Positions 25,943 through 38,859 of a stretch of DNA of 64,000 bases are shown one piece after another. The notes beneath the pieces were generated by a model. It did no database searches. It saw only the letters and a list, made by a program, of their open reading frames with translations, and was not told the origin of the DNA. The stretch covers positions 9,672,001-9,736,000 of the forward strand of contig NC_043024.1 in NCBI RefSeq assembly GCF_006345805.1, written 5' to 3'. Source of the DNA: Octopus sinensis (lineage: Eukaryota). How positions within the stretch are numbered: the first letter of the stretch is position 1; each line of letters opens with the position of its first letter. Made by a program: the position numbers and the translations under genes.

Positions 25943-26579
25943 GGCCTCTTCCTCTCTGTCTCTTTCTTTCTGTCTCTTTCTTTCTGTCTTTCTTATTCTT
26001 TCCTTCCTTCTATCTCATTCTTTTTTCTTTTTTTTCTTCTCTCTATCCACCCTGTCTCTTTCTTTTTTCATACTTTCTCTCTCTCTCTCTTCATTTTTAC
26101 ACTCTCTGTCTCTCCCTTTGTCTCTCCCTTGCTGTCCTCTTTATCTCTCTCCTTCTCTTCCCCTCTCTCTTTTCCTTACTCTCTCTCTCTTTTTTCATTT
26201 TTACACTCTCTGTCTCTCCCTTTGTCTCTCCCTTGCTGTCCTCTTTATCTCTCTCTTTTTCTCTTCCCCTCTCTCTTTTCCTTACTCTCTCTCTCTCTCT
26301 CTTTCTCTGTCTCCTATCTTTCTCACACCACATTCTCTCCGCCGCCACCACCACCACCACAACGTCTCCCCATCCACCCCAACAGTACACTCCCCCCTCA
26401 CCCCTCTTCTCTTCTCCCCACCCACCCTTCTGTCTTTCCATTTGTTACAATCTAGACAAAATCATTTGCTCTCCAATTGTCTGTATTTAGGCCATGGCCA
26501 ATCTGAGGGAAGAGAAGAAGACATGGCTTTGGCATTGTTCCAGCTCAAAGGATCCAAATTCAAGTTACACTTTGGGTGT

Positions 26580-26726
26580 GACAAATGGGAGGTGGGGGGG
26601 AGAAAGGGTGTGTGTGTGTGTGAGAGTGAGTGTGTGTGTGTATGAGAGTGAGTGTGTATGTGTATGAGAGAGTGAGTGTATAAGAGAGGGAGAGAAAAAG
26701 TGTGTGTGTGAGAGTATGTGTGCGTT

Positions 26727-26761
<35 letters not shown>

Positions 26762-26845
26762 CAGACAGAAAGAGAGAATAGGAGTGTGTGAGAGAGTGAG
26801 AGAGAAAGTGTGTGTGAGAGAGTGAGTGTGTGTGTGTATGAGTGA

Positions 26846-26877
<32 letters not shown>

Positions 26878-26993
26878 AAGTGTGTGTGTGTGTGTATGAG
26901 AGTGAGTGTGTATGTGTATGAGAGAGTGAGTGTATAAGAGAGGGAGAGAAAAAGTGTGTGTGTGAGAGAGTGAGTGTGTGTGTGTATGAGTGA

Positions 26994-27029
<36 letters not shown>

Positions 27030-27166
27030 AAGTGTGTGTGTGTGTGTGTATGAGAGTGAGTGTGTATGTGTATGAGAGAGTGAGTGTATAAGAGAGGGAG
27101 AGAAAAAGTGTGTGTGTGAGAGTATGTGTGTTTGTGTGTGTTTGTGTGTGTGTGAGAGTATGTGTG

Positions 27167-27221
<55 letters not shown>

Positions 27222-27307
27222 CAGACAGAAAGAGAGAATAGGAGTGTGTGAGAGAGTGAGAGAGAAAGTGTGTGTGTGTGTGAGAGAGTGAGTGTGTGTG
27301 TGTATGA

Positions 27308-27343
<36 letters not shown>

Positions 27344-27490
27344 AAGTGTGTGTGTGTGTGTATGAGAGTGAGTGTGTATGTGTATGAGAGAGTGAGTGTA
27401 TAAGAGAGGGAGAGAAAAAGTGTGTGTGTGAGAGTATGTGTGTGTTTGTGTGTGTTTGTGTGTGTGTGTGTGTGAGAGTATGTGTGCGTT

Positions 27491-27525
<35 letters not shown>

Positions 27526-27680
27526 CAGACAGAAAGAGAGAATAGGAGTGTGTGAGAGAGTGAGAGAGAAAGTGTGTGTGTGTGTGAGAGAGTATGTGTG
27601 TGTGTGTATGAGAAAGAGAGAGTCTGCATTTGAGAGTGTGTGTGTGAAAGAGAGAGAGAAAGTGTGTGTGAGAGAGTGAG
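26580..27680. repeat. (GT)n/(GA)n mosaic with internally duplicated blocks
   Basis: Recurrent blocks such as acagacagaaagagagaataggagtg at about 26761, 27221 and 27523. Confidence 0.9.
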
Positions 27681-27910
27681 TGAGTATACTCTTTTACTCG
27701 TTTACTTGATTCAGTCATTTGACTGCGGCCATGCTGGAGCACCGCCTTTAGTCGAGCAAATCGACCCCGGGACTTATTCTTTGTAAGCCCAGTACTTATT
27801 CTATCGGTCTCTTTTTGCCGAACCGCTAAGTGACGGGGACGCAAACACACCAGCATCGGTTGTCAAGCAATGCTGGGGGACAAACACACACACACACACA
27901 CATACACCAC

Positions 27911-27952
<42 letters not shown>

Positions 27953-28277
27953 GATATATATATAATTATATATATATATGCATATATATGATGGGCTTCT
28001 TTCAGTTTCCGTCTACCATTTCCACTCACAAGGCATTGGTCGGCTTGGGGCTATAGCAGAAGACACTTGCCCAAGATGCCACGCAGTGGGACTGAACCCG
28101 GAACCATGTGGTTGGTTAGCAAGCTACTTACCACACAGCCACTCCTTACCACACACTCTGTGAGAGAGAGTAAGAGTGTGTGTGTGAGAGTGAGTGTGTG
28201 TAAGTGTGTGTGTGAGTGAGAGAGAGGAAGAGAGTGTGTGTGTGTGTGTGAGAGAAAGAGGGAGTGTGTGTGTGTGT

Positions 28278-28327
<50 letters not shown>

Positions 28328-28706
28328 GTGAGTGTGTGTGTGTGTGTGTGTGACAGAGAGAAAATTGTGTGGGGGTTGTGTGTGCTTCGGTGTGTGACTA
28401 TGCACAGGAGCATGTGTGTGTGTGTACGCATGTTTTTATGGTGCACATGGTAACATCAGCTGATTTTAGCGCTGTAACATGGTGACATGTAGGAAGTGAG
28501 TCGTAACAAAGCAAGTAATAACCTGTCTCTGTGTGTGTGTGATCAGCTGTTTTGGGGGGAAGTCACAGAGGCTTACCCTGCAATTTTAGTTATGTGACTC
28601 ACTGGGTTGGATCACGGTTAAATATATAAATATTTACAACATTGCATGGATGTGTGGGTGTGTGTGTATGTGTATTTGTGTGTGCATATATGTTTATATC
28701 TGTGTG

Positions 28707-28741
<35 letters not shown>

Positions 28742-29262
28742 TCTCTTTTACTCGTTTACTTGTTTAAGTCATTTGACTGCGGCCATGCTGGAGCACCGCC
28801 TTTAGTCGAGCAACTCGACCCCGGGACTTATTCTTTTGTAAGCCCAGTACTTATTCTATCGGTCTCTTTTGCCAAACCGCTAAGTGACGGGGACATAAAC
28901 ATACCAGCATCGGTTGTCAAGCGATGTTGGGGGTACAAACACAGACACACAAACATACACGCACACATACATATATATATATATATACATATATACGACG
29001 GGCTTCTTTCAGTTTCCGTCTACCAAATCCACTCACAAGGCTTTGGTCAGCCCGAGGCTATAGTAGAAGACACTTGCCCAAGGTGCCACGCAGTGGGACT
29101 GAACCCGGATCCATGTGGTTGGTAAACAAGCTACTTACCACACAGCCACATATATATAATAACAAAGGGTAAAATTAATTAATTAAAAAGTAATCAGTAA
29201 TTTCACCAAGTAGGATTCAGCATGAAAAGGACCATTTCATAGTAAGCTTAAGTAATACTTAA

Positions 29263-29471
29263 TAATTAGGGTTCAGCAAAGATTTGCTTTACCACATACC
29301 GAAGTTTAGAAATAGCAGTCAAAAAATCTTAGCTATTCCTTCTACTTTAAAAGGGGCTCCCAGAAAAATCAAAATACTTGAAAACAATCCACACAGGCAA
29401 AAGGGAAAATAACGAAAATCAATCGATAACTTCGGTATGTGGTGAAGCAAATCTTTGCTGAACCCTAATTA
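29263..29471. repeat. 44-bp inverted repeat with ~120-bp spacer
   Basis: taattagggttcagcaaagatttgctttaccacataccgaagtt against 29428-29471, with one mismatch. Confidence 0.85.
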
Positions 29472-29717
29472 TAAAGTATATACATATATATATATATATA
29501 GAAGGGGATTTTTCCTTGTGTTATTTGTCCTGTACTCTATTTTTTCGTTGTTTAAGAAAAATGTCCATTTCCTTGGTTTTGTGTTTATGTTTTCGTTTCT
29601 CATTGTGTTCGACGTTTTTTTTGGTGTCCTGTACCCATACATGCATGTATATATACATATAGAGGTAGGTACGTACATATATGTATGTATATATGCATAT
29701 ATTTTATTTATTTATTA

Positions 29718-29756
<39 letters not shown>

Positions 29757-30198
29757 CAGGTGCAGGAGTGGCTGTGTGGTAAGTAGCTTGTTTACCAACC
29801 ACATGGTACCGGGTTCAGTCCCACTGCGTGGCACCTTGGGCAAGTGTCTTCTACTATAGCCTTGAGCTGACCAAAGCCTTGTGAGTGGATTTGGTAGATG
29901 GGAACTGAAAGAGGCCCATCGCATATATGTATATATATATGTATGTGTGTGTATGTGTATACATTTGTGTGTCTGTGCTTGTCCCCCACTACCATCACTT
30001 GACAACTGATGCTGGTGTGTTTACATCCTCGTAACTTAGCAGTTCGGCAAAAGAGGCCGATAGAATAAGTACTGGGCTTACAAAGAATAAGTCCTGGGGT
30101 CGATTTGCTCGACTAAAGGTGGTGCTCCAGCATGGCCGCAGTCAAATGACTGAAACAAGTAAAAGAGTATATATATATATATATATATATATACATTA

Positions 30199-30238
<40 letters not shown>

Positions 30239-31440
30239 ATGCTATAAATATTTATATATTTAACCCTGATCCAACAGAGTGAGTCACAACTAAGGTTGTG
30301 TTGCACCTGAGCATCATATACAATAATTTCATTATTACTATATTAAAATTGTAGGGTAAGTCTGTACCACTTCCCCAAAAACAGCTGATGACAGACTCTC
30401 ACACACACACACAGACAGACAGGTTATTACTTGCTTTGTTACAGCTCACTTCCTACATGTGCACCCTGTTACAGCACTAAAATCAGCTGATGTTACCATG
30501 TGCACCATAAAAGCACACACAACCCCCACATGCTCACATATACAAATCTTTATGAATAATGTATATGAGAACAAGAGAGGGAGACATCCATATAGACATT
30601 TACATATATAGAAATTTATAGAAAATTTATTTCATCATCATCATCATCATCATCATCATTTAGCGTCCGTTTTCCATGCTAGCATGGGTTGGACGGTTCT
30701 ACTGGGGTCTGTGAAGCCAGAAGGCTTCATCAGGCCCAGTCAAATCTGGCAGTGTTTCTACGGCTGGATGCCCTTCCTAACGCCAACCACTCCGTGAGTG
30801 TAGTGGGTGCTTTTTATGTGCCACCCGCACTGGTGCCAGACAGAGCTGGCAAACGGCCACGAACGGATGGTGCTTTTTATGTGCCACCGGCACGAGGGCC
30901 AGGGGAGACATGAATATGTAAAAACGTATATATACATACACACACGCATATACATCCCCATATATTGTTATTTATATATGTTTATATTCATCTCTCGCTC
31001 TCCCCGTCTGTTCCTTTCTCACACTATCTATCTATGTGTGTGTACGTGTGTGCTTATATATATATATTATTTATCTTATAATAAACTTTTTAATACTTTT
31101 TGATAGTTATATATAAAAAATATATATATAAATTAATAATTTTAAATTGAAATAATTAAAATTTAAAATTTTATATTTTATATATTTTATTAATATTTTT
31201 ATTTTTACGTTTTGGTTTATGTTTTTCACTGCTTGATTTGCCTAATTGTGGTTTTTTTCTCTAATTTAATATATATATATATATATATTTAATGAAATGG
31301 ATAAATGAATTATCTTGTTACGGATTATTCAAAATTTAACCGATACCTGTGTAGCAAAAATCACACCAGAAAAGACATGGTTGAGGTTACGACCATGGGG
31401 TTTTGCCCCCGTGCTTTAGCGCGGATAATTGAAGTTTTAT

Positions 31441-31920
31441 ATATTTAGTGAGGGAAGAAATGGAGCCGAACGAAGATTCTACAAAATTCCTTTTTATTAT
31501 TTTCTACACATGTTTCAAAGGCTGCAAATTCCCAAATTCGGATTGAATAAGGAGACCATTCTGCAGCTTTCTCTTCAGGAAAATCCAGGAATTTAAAATC
31601 TCAAAACAAATGCGCAGCAAGCTTTTCAAACAAAACGCTCCCTAGGAGCCCATGTTAAAAATGGCACAAAACTGTCTCTCAATATGCGCTGACGTCAGAG
31701 TGGGTGAAGGCCGACGAAAAAATCCGTTGGAATAAACCTAGGTCAAACCACGGTCAAATCAGGTAGGATTTCCTGGATTTTCCTGAAGAGAAAGCTGCAG
31801 AATGGTCTCCTTATTCAATCCGAATTTGGGAATTTGCGGCCTTTGAAACATGTGTAGAAAGTAATAAAAGGAATTCTGTAGAATCTTCGTTCAGCTCCAT
31901 TTCTTCCCTTCACTAAATAT
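31441..31920. mobile_element. ~150-bp inverted arms around a ~175-bp spacer, each arm with a hammerhead-like motif (Penelope-like pseudo-LTR arrangement)
   Basis: 31441-31592 is the reverse complement of 31768-31920. Each arm reads ttttc-CTGAAGA-stemII-GAAAC-ATGT-GTA-gaaa. Confidence 0.65.
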
Positions 31921-32329
31921 ATATATATATATACAAAATAAGAAAATGGAGAAATACATCTAAATCATTAATCAACTACCAGATAATACCCAATCACATA
32001 CTTTATTAAACCACTACGTAAGAACATTAAGGTTAAACATAAAAATATATAACAAAACAGCGTACATGAATGAGTAATACAATACAATAGGTACAATCAT
32101 TATAAGAGGATATAAATAAATAAATATAAATAGATATAAATATACACTATATCTTACAGCTGTTTCGGCCATGCAGATAATTATGTCTCATTTTACCTAT
32201 ATTAGCCATGTATAGTATGTCAATATGAAGTTATAAATGAGACATTTTATATATATATAAAATTCAAATTTCGATGAACGTAAACAAACAAATGAAGTTT
32301 TGCTTTAGAAGCTTTGAGATGTCTTAAGA

Positions 32330-32525
32330 AGTTAAAGAAGTGATTTTAAATTCTCAAAGGCAGGATATTGCTAATAATATAGCCTGAACAGGATAAGCTA
32401 CCTCTATTTTGCAGAAAAAAGTGTTGGGCAACACTTTTTTCTGCAAGATAAGGGCAGCTTATCCTGTTCAGGATATATTATTAGCAATATCCTGCCTTTG
32501 AGAATTTAAAATCACTTCTTTAACT
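32330..32525. repeat. 196-bp near-perfect palindrome (fold-back element)
   Basis: agttaaagaagtgattttaaattctcaaaggcagg... mirrored about gtgttg-gg-caacac (loop 32427-32428). Confidence 0.92.
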
Positions 32526-33099
32526 ATATATATATATATACTCTGCTTGCGAAGACCTGTTGAGGCAAGTGAAATCGAAATCAATGGAAATTGTAGTTGT
32601 GATACCAGTGCCGGTGGCATGTAAAAGAACCATCCGAATGTGGCCATTGCCAGCGCCGCCTCTACTGGCCTCGGTGCCGGTGGCACGTAAAAAGCTCCAA
32701 CCGATCTTGGCCGTTACCAGCCTCGCCTGGCACCTGTGCCGGTGGCATGTAAAAACCACCCACTACACTCACGGAGTGGTTGGCGTTAGGTAGGGCATCC
32801 AGCTGTAGAAACACTGCCAGATCAGACTGGAGCCTGGTGCAGCCTCCTGGCTTCCCAGACCCCAGTTGAACCGTCCAACCCATGCTAGCATGGAAAGTGG
32901 ACATTAAACGATGATGATGATATATATATATCCCTCTCTCTCTTTCGGAGAAGCACTGAGCAGCTATACGCACACATACACACATGGCAGTAACTTCCAC
33001 CTACCGAATTCAATCACAAAGCTCCGGTCGGCTCGGGGCTATAGTGGAGGACACCTACCCAGAGTGCCACGCAGTGGGACTGAACCCGAAACCATGTAG

Positions 33100-33845
33100 C
33101 TAGGAAGCAAGCTCCCGAACCACACAGCCATGCCCGCGCCTACATATATATATAAATATACGATGGGCTTCTTTCAGTTTCCGTCTACCAAATCCACTCA
33201 CAAGGCTTTGGTCGGCCCGAGGCTATGGTAGAAGACACTTGCCCAAGGTGCCACGCAGAGGGACTGAACCCGAAACCATGTAGCTAGGAAGCAAGCTCCT
33301 AACCACACAGCCATGCCCGCGCCTACATATATATATAATATACGATGGGCTTCTTTCAGTTTCCGTCTACCAAATCCACTCACAAGGCTTTGGTCGGCCT
33401 GAGGCTATGGTAGAAGACACTTGCCCAAGGTGCCACGCAGAGGGACTGAACCCGAAACTATGTAGCTAGGAAGCAAGCTCCCTAACCACACAGCCATGCC
33501 CGCGCCTACATATATATATAAATATACGATGGGCTTCTTTCAGTTTCCGTCTACCAAATCCACTCACAAGGCTTTGGTCGGCCTGAGGCTATGGTAGAAG
33601 ACACTTGCCCAAGGTGCCACGCAGAGGGACTGAACCCGAAACTATGTAGCTAGGAAGCAAGCTCCCTAACCACACAGCCATGCCCGCGCCTACATATATA
33701 TATAAATATACGATGGGCTTCTTTCAGTTTCTGTCTACCAAATCCACTCACAAGGCTTTGGTCGGCCCGAGGCTATGGTAGAAGACACTTGCCCAAGGTG
33801 CCACGCAGAGGGACTGAACCCGAAACCATGTAGCTAGGAAGCAAG
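33100..33845 (-). repeat. ~183-bp tandem array (4 units) of the family A SINE 5' half
   Basis: cacacagccatgcccgcgcctacatatat...gcaagctcc recurs at about 33121, 33303, 33487 and 33670. Confidence 0.88.
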
Positions 33846-34175
33846 TATATATATATGTGTGCTAAGAAAATTTTTCATTCTTGAGGACTTTGACAGTGCT
33901 TGACAGCCAGTCCTAATGTTGACATGGAATGTTGACAGTGTTACCATTGCATTGCTAAAGCAGTGCCAAGCACAAAATACGACCATTAATGCACAGGCAT
34001 CCACACACACACACACACACACCATAAACACACATACATGCATCATGGATTTCCTGCAGTTTCCATCTACCAGATTCCTTCACAAGGCATTAGTCGATCC
34101 AGGGGCTTGTAAAATACACTCACCTGTCTAATTCAATTCTGTTCCATTACTGAAACACCTTTGTTATTTCTTTAG

Positions 34176-34270
34176 GTTGTCGGTGGAATGACCTGGTGTA
34201 TAACCACGTGTAACTTTGATGTTGACATCAACCTTCTGTTCACCGAAAACTCCAGCATCGGACAAAAAAT
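34176..34270 (+). CDS. CCDC93: CCDC93 exon 3 ([31 protein letters not shown])
   Basis: tctttag| acceptor, AT|gtaagt donor (phase 2), 95 nt. Matches CCDC93 [31 protein letters not shown]. Confidence 0.97.
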
Positions 34271-35029
34271 GTAAGTTGACAAAAGTTCCCTGTTATCTGA
34301 TTGTTATAAAATCACTCGAACACACAGGCTCCGGATTCTTGGCCACAGATATGCAGTCTCCTCTCTGTTTCTTTTATAAAAAAAATTTTTGTGGCTGTGT
34401 GGTAAGTAGCTTGCCTACCAACCACATGGTTATGGGTTCAGTCTCACTGCGTGGCATCTTGGGCAAGTGTCTTCTGCTATGGCCCCGGGCCGACCAATGC
34501 CTTGTGAGTGGATTTGGTAAACTGAAAGTAGCCTGCCGTATATGTGTATATATGTGTATGTGTGTTTGTGTGTCTGTGTTTGTCCCCCTAGCATTGCTTG
34601 ACAACCGATGCTGGTGTGTTTACGTCCCCGTTACTTAGCGGTTCGGCAAAGGAGACCGATAGAATAAGTACTGGGCTAACAAAGAATAAGTCCCGGGGTC
34701 GATTTGCTCGACTAAAGGCGGTGCTCCAGCATGGCCGCAGTCAAATGACTGAAACGAGTAAAAGAGTAAACTGGTGGGTAAGGACCCCTTTCGGTCATGA
34801 ATGACCAAGGGATTGAACCTACAAAGTTCCCCTCCGAGGCATAAGTCCAGGCAAGGTTGTTTTTATGGAAGACCAGAAGTCGCCCATGCATGCCAATTTC
34901 CCCCACTCCACGCCACCGATGTCATCCAAGGGAAAGGCAAAGGGGCCGATACAGCTTGACACCAGTGACGTCGCAACACATTTCCTCTATCTTTACGTTC
35001 TGAGTTCAAACCCCACCAAAGTCGACTTT

Positions 35030-36220
35030 GCCTTACATCTTTATGGAAGTGGATGACATAAATACCTATTTCTTTACTACCCACAAGGGGCTAAACACAG
35101 AGCGGACAAACAAGGACAGACACACGGATTAAGTTGATTATATCGACCCCAGTGCGTAACTGGTACTTATTTAATCGACTCCGAAAGGATGAAAGGCAAA
35201 GTCGACCTCGGCGAAACTTGAAATCAGAAAGTAGCAAAGGGACAAATACCTATTTCTTTACTACCACAAGGGGCTAAACACAGAGCGGACAAACAGGACA
35301 GACACACGGATTAAGTTGATTATATCGACCCCAGTGCGTAACTGGTACTTATTTAATCGACTCCGAAAGGATGAAAGGCAAAGTCGACCTCGGCGAAACT
35401 TGAAATCAGAAAGTAGCAAAGGGACAAATACCTATTTCTTTACTACCCACAAGGGGCTAAACACAGAGGGGACAAACAAGGACAGACACACGGATTAAGT
35501 CGATTATATCGACCCCAGTGCATAACTGGTACTTAATTTATCAACCCCGAAAGGATGAAAGGCAAAGTTGACCACGGGGGAATTTGAACTCAGAACATAG
35601 CAGCAGACGAAATACCTATTTCTTTACTACCCACAAGAAGCTAAACACAGAGAAGGCAAACAAGGACAGACACACAGATTAAGTCGATTATATCGACCCC
35701 AGTGCGTAACTGGTACTTTTATTTATCAACCCCGAAAGGATGAAAGGCAAAGTCAACCTCGGCGGAATTTGAACTCAGAACGTAACGGCAGACGAAATAC
35801 CTATTTCTTTACCACCAACAAGGGGTTAAACACAGAGAGGACAAACAAGGACAGACAAAGGGATTAAGTCGATTACATCGACCCCAGTGCGTAACTGGTA
35901 CTTAATTTATCGACCCCGAAAAGATGAAAGGCAAAGTCGACCTCGGTGGAATTTGAACTCAGAACATAGCAGCAGACGAAATACCTATTTCTTTACTACC
36001 CACAAGGGGCTAAACACAGAGAGGACAAACAAGGACAGACAAAGGGATCAAGTCGATTACATCGACCCCAGTACGTAACTGGTACTTTATTTATCAACCC
36101 AGAAAGGATGAAAGGCAAAGTCAACCTCGGCGGAATTTGAACTCAGAACGTAACAGCAGACGAAATACGGCTACGCATTTCGCCCGACGTGCTAACATTT
36201 CTGCCAGCTCGCCACCTTAA
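35030..36220 (-). repeat. ~175-bp tandem array (6-7 units) of family B SINE
   Basis: aaatacctatttctttactacc...ggatgaaaggcaaagtc repeated. The SINE head lies at about 36170-36220 on the minus strand. Confidence 0.88.
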
Positions 36221-36385
36221 ATGACATAAATACCAGCTGAACCCTTGGGATCAGTGTGATCGACTTACTCCCTTCCACCTGGAAATTCCTGGCTTGGTGC
36301 CAAAATTTTAGACCCTTATTTTCTTATGTTATCATTCTGTTTTTTATTTCTTTCTTTTTTTTTTTTTTAAATTTTTAAAACGCAG

Positions 36386-36497
36386 AGCTTTAACCGAGAA
36401 AATCGTGTCCGTGCTTCCCAAGATGAAATGCCCACACCGCATTGAGCCTCATCAAATTCAAGGTCTGGATTTCATCCACATATTCCCTGTGGTTCAG
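36386..36497 (+). CDS. CCDC93: CCDC93 exon 4 ([38 protein letters not shown])
   Basis: cgcag| acceptor, CAG|gtaagc donor, 112 nt. Phase 2 completes the ATA codon. Matches the CCDC93 [26 protein letters not shown] motif. Confidence 0.97.
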
Positions 36498-37149
36498 GTA
36501 AGCACTTGCTTTCATATGTTTATCGCTTCTTGCTGTTGGTTTGTTTATATCCCTGTATCTGTACAAAGGATGCAGAACGTGGCATCGAAAACCAGCTGGT
36601 GGAAAATCTGCCTGGAGTTAAACTAGTGGTATCTTTCACTGGCAACTTGCTTTAAAAGAAACACTTTTATTCTCTTTTACCATTTGCTTGTTTCAGTCAT
36701 TTGACTGCGGCCATGCTGGAGCACCGCCTTGAAGGGTTTTTAGTTGAAGAAATCTACCCCCGGGACTTATTCTTTGTAAGCCTGGTACTTATTCTATTGG
36801 TTTCTTTTGCCGAACCGCTAAGTTACGGGGATGTAAAAACGCCACCACCAGATGAGGGGACAAACACAGACACAAAGACACACACACATAGATACAAATA
36901 TATATACTTATATATGATGGGCTTCTTTCAGTTTCCATCTACCAAATCCACTCACAAGGCTTTGATCAGCCCGCGGCTATAGTAGAAGACACTTGCCCAA
37001 GGTGCCACACAGTGGGATTGAACCCAGAACCATGTGGTTGGGAAGCAAGCTTCTTAGCACACAGCCACACGTACGCCTTCACTTTTTCAACTAAACCCTT
37101 GGAGGTAGTGCCCCAGCATGGCCGCAGTCCAATGATTGAAACTACTAAA

Positions 37150-37950
37150 AGACACAAATCAAACAAACCATGCACACACACACATACACACACACACATA
37201 CACATACACACACACACACATACACACATACACACACACATACACACACACACATACACACACACACACATACATACACACACATACACACACATACATA
37301 CACACACATACACACACACACATACACACACACACATACACACACACACATACACACACACACATACACACACACAACACACACAACACATACATACACA
37401 CACATACACACACACACACATACACACCACACACATACACCACACACATTCACACACACACATACACACACACACATACACACACACACACATACACACA
37501 CACACATATACACACCCACACATACACACACACATACACACACACACATACACACACACACATACACACACACACATACACACACACACATACACACACA
37601 CACATACACACACACACATACACACACACACACACACATCACCACACACACATACACACACACACATACACACACACACATACACACACACATACACACA
37701 CACACATACACACACACACATACACACACACACATACACACACATACACACACACACATACACACACACGTACACACACATACACACACACACACATACA
37801 CACACATACACACACACACATACATACACACACACACACACATACACACACACACATACACACACATACACACACACACATACACACAGACATGCATACA
37901 CACACACACGTACACACATACATACACACACACATACACACACACACATG
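37150..37950. repeat. ~800-bp (CA)n/(CATA) microsatellite
   Basis: Direct reading. Confidence 0.95.
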
Positions 37951-38510
37951 TACATACAGATTGCTCCAGCATGGACATGTCATATTGATGAGTAACATTT
38001 GCTAACAAAAGATTAGACACAACAACTGCAAGAACAAAAACTAAGGCGGAGGGGGTGACCCTCTTGATGCAGTCACTTGAAATGCTAGAAAGAGCAGTCA
38101 AATCGCTCTCTTTATTGTCTTAAAAAGGGATGAAACCATAACATGATGTAGTCCTAGGTACACTGTTACCATAACAACTGTGCCCAAAATGTCTACATGT
38201 TTCCTCCATTTCCCTACTACGACATGGTGTATATATGTATGTGTGTGTTTGTGTATCTGTGTTTGTCGCCCTAGCATTGCTTGACAACCGATGCTGGTGT
38301 GTTTATGTCCCTGTTACTTAGCAGTTCGGCAAAAGAGACCGATAGAATAAGTACTGGGCTTACAAAAGAATAAGTCCCGAGGTCGAGTTGCTCGATTAAA
38401 GGCAGTGCTCCAGCATGGCCGTAGTCAAATGACTGAAACAAGTAAAAGAGTAAAAGAGTATCAATGAAACCACATAGTTTGATATAATCAATGTCCTGTT
38501 TATATTTCAG

Positions 38511-38609
38511 TGGTTGGTGAAGAGGGCTCTGGAGACAAGAGAAGAGATGGGTGACACTATACGTGCCTATTCCATATACCAGTTCAACAAAAATAATAAA
38601 ATGCCTCAG
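38511..38609 (+). CDS. CCDC93: CCDC93 exon 5 (WLVKRALETREEMGDTIRAYSIYQFNKNNKMPQ)
   Basis: tttcag| acceptor, CAG|gtaagt donor, 99 nt. Matches [25 protein letters not shown]. Confidence 0.96.
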
Positions 38610-38859
38610 GTAAGTTTTATGTCATTTACACACTTTCTTATCGTCATCATCATCGTCGTCGTTTAACTTCCACCTTCCATGCTGTCATGGGTTGGATGGT
38701 TTGACAGGAGCCGGCCAGGTAGAAGGCTACCCCAGGTTGCTGTGTCTGTTTTGGCATGGGTTTTGTGACAGGATGCCCTTCCTAACACCAACTACCCTGC
38801 AGATCGGACCGAGTGCTTTTTACATGGGGCCAGTGGAGGTGAGGTCAGTTTTGGCAAGG

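Noticed and set aside
31406-31425. ccgtgctttagcgcgg hairpin resembling a Helitron 3' end
   Set aside because: No following CTRR and no identifiable 5' TC terminus.
32150-32172. Half hammerhead motifs GGCCGAAACAGCTGTA (minus strand here) and GCGAAACAGCTGTC (59098-59112)
   Set aside because: No intact CTGANGA upstream; at most decayed Penelope-like ends.
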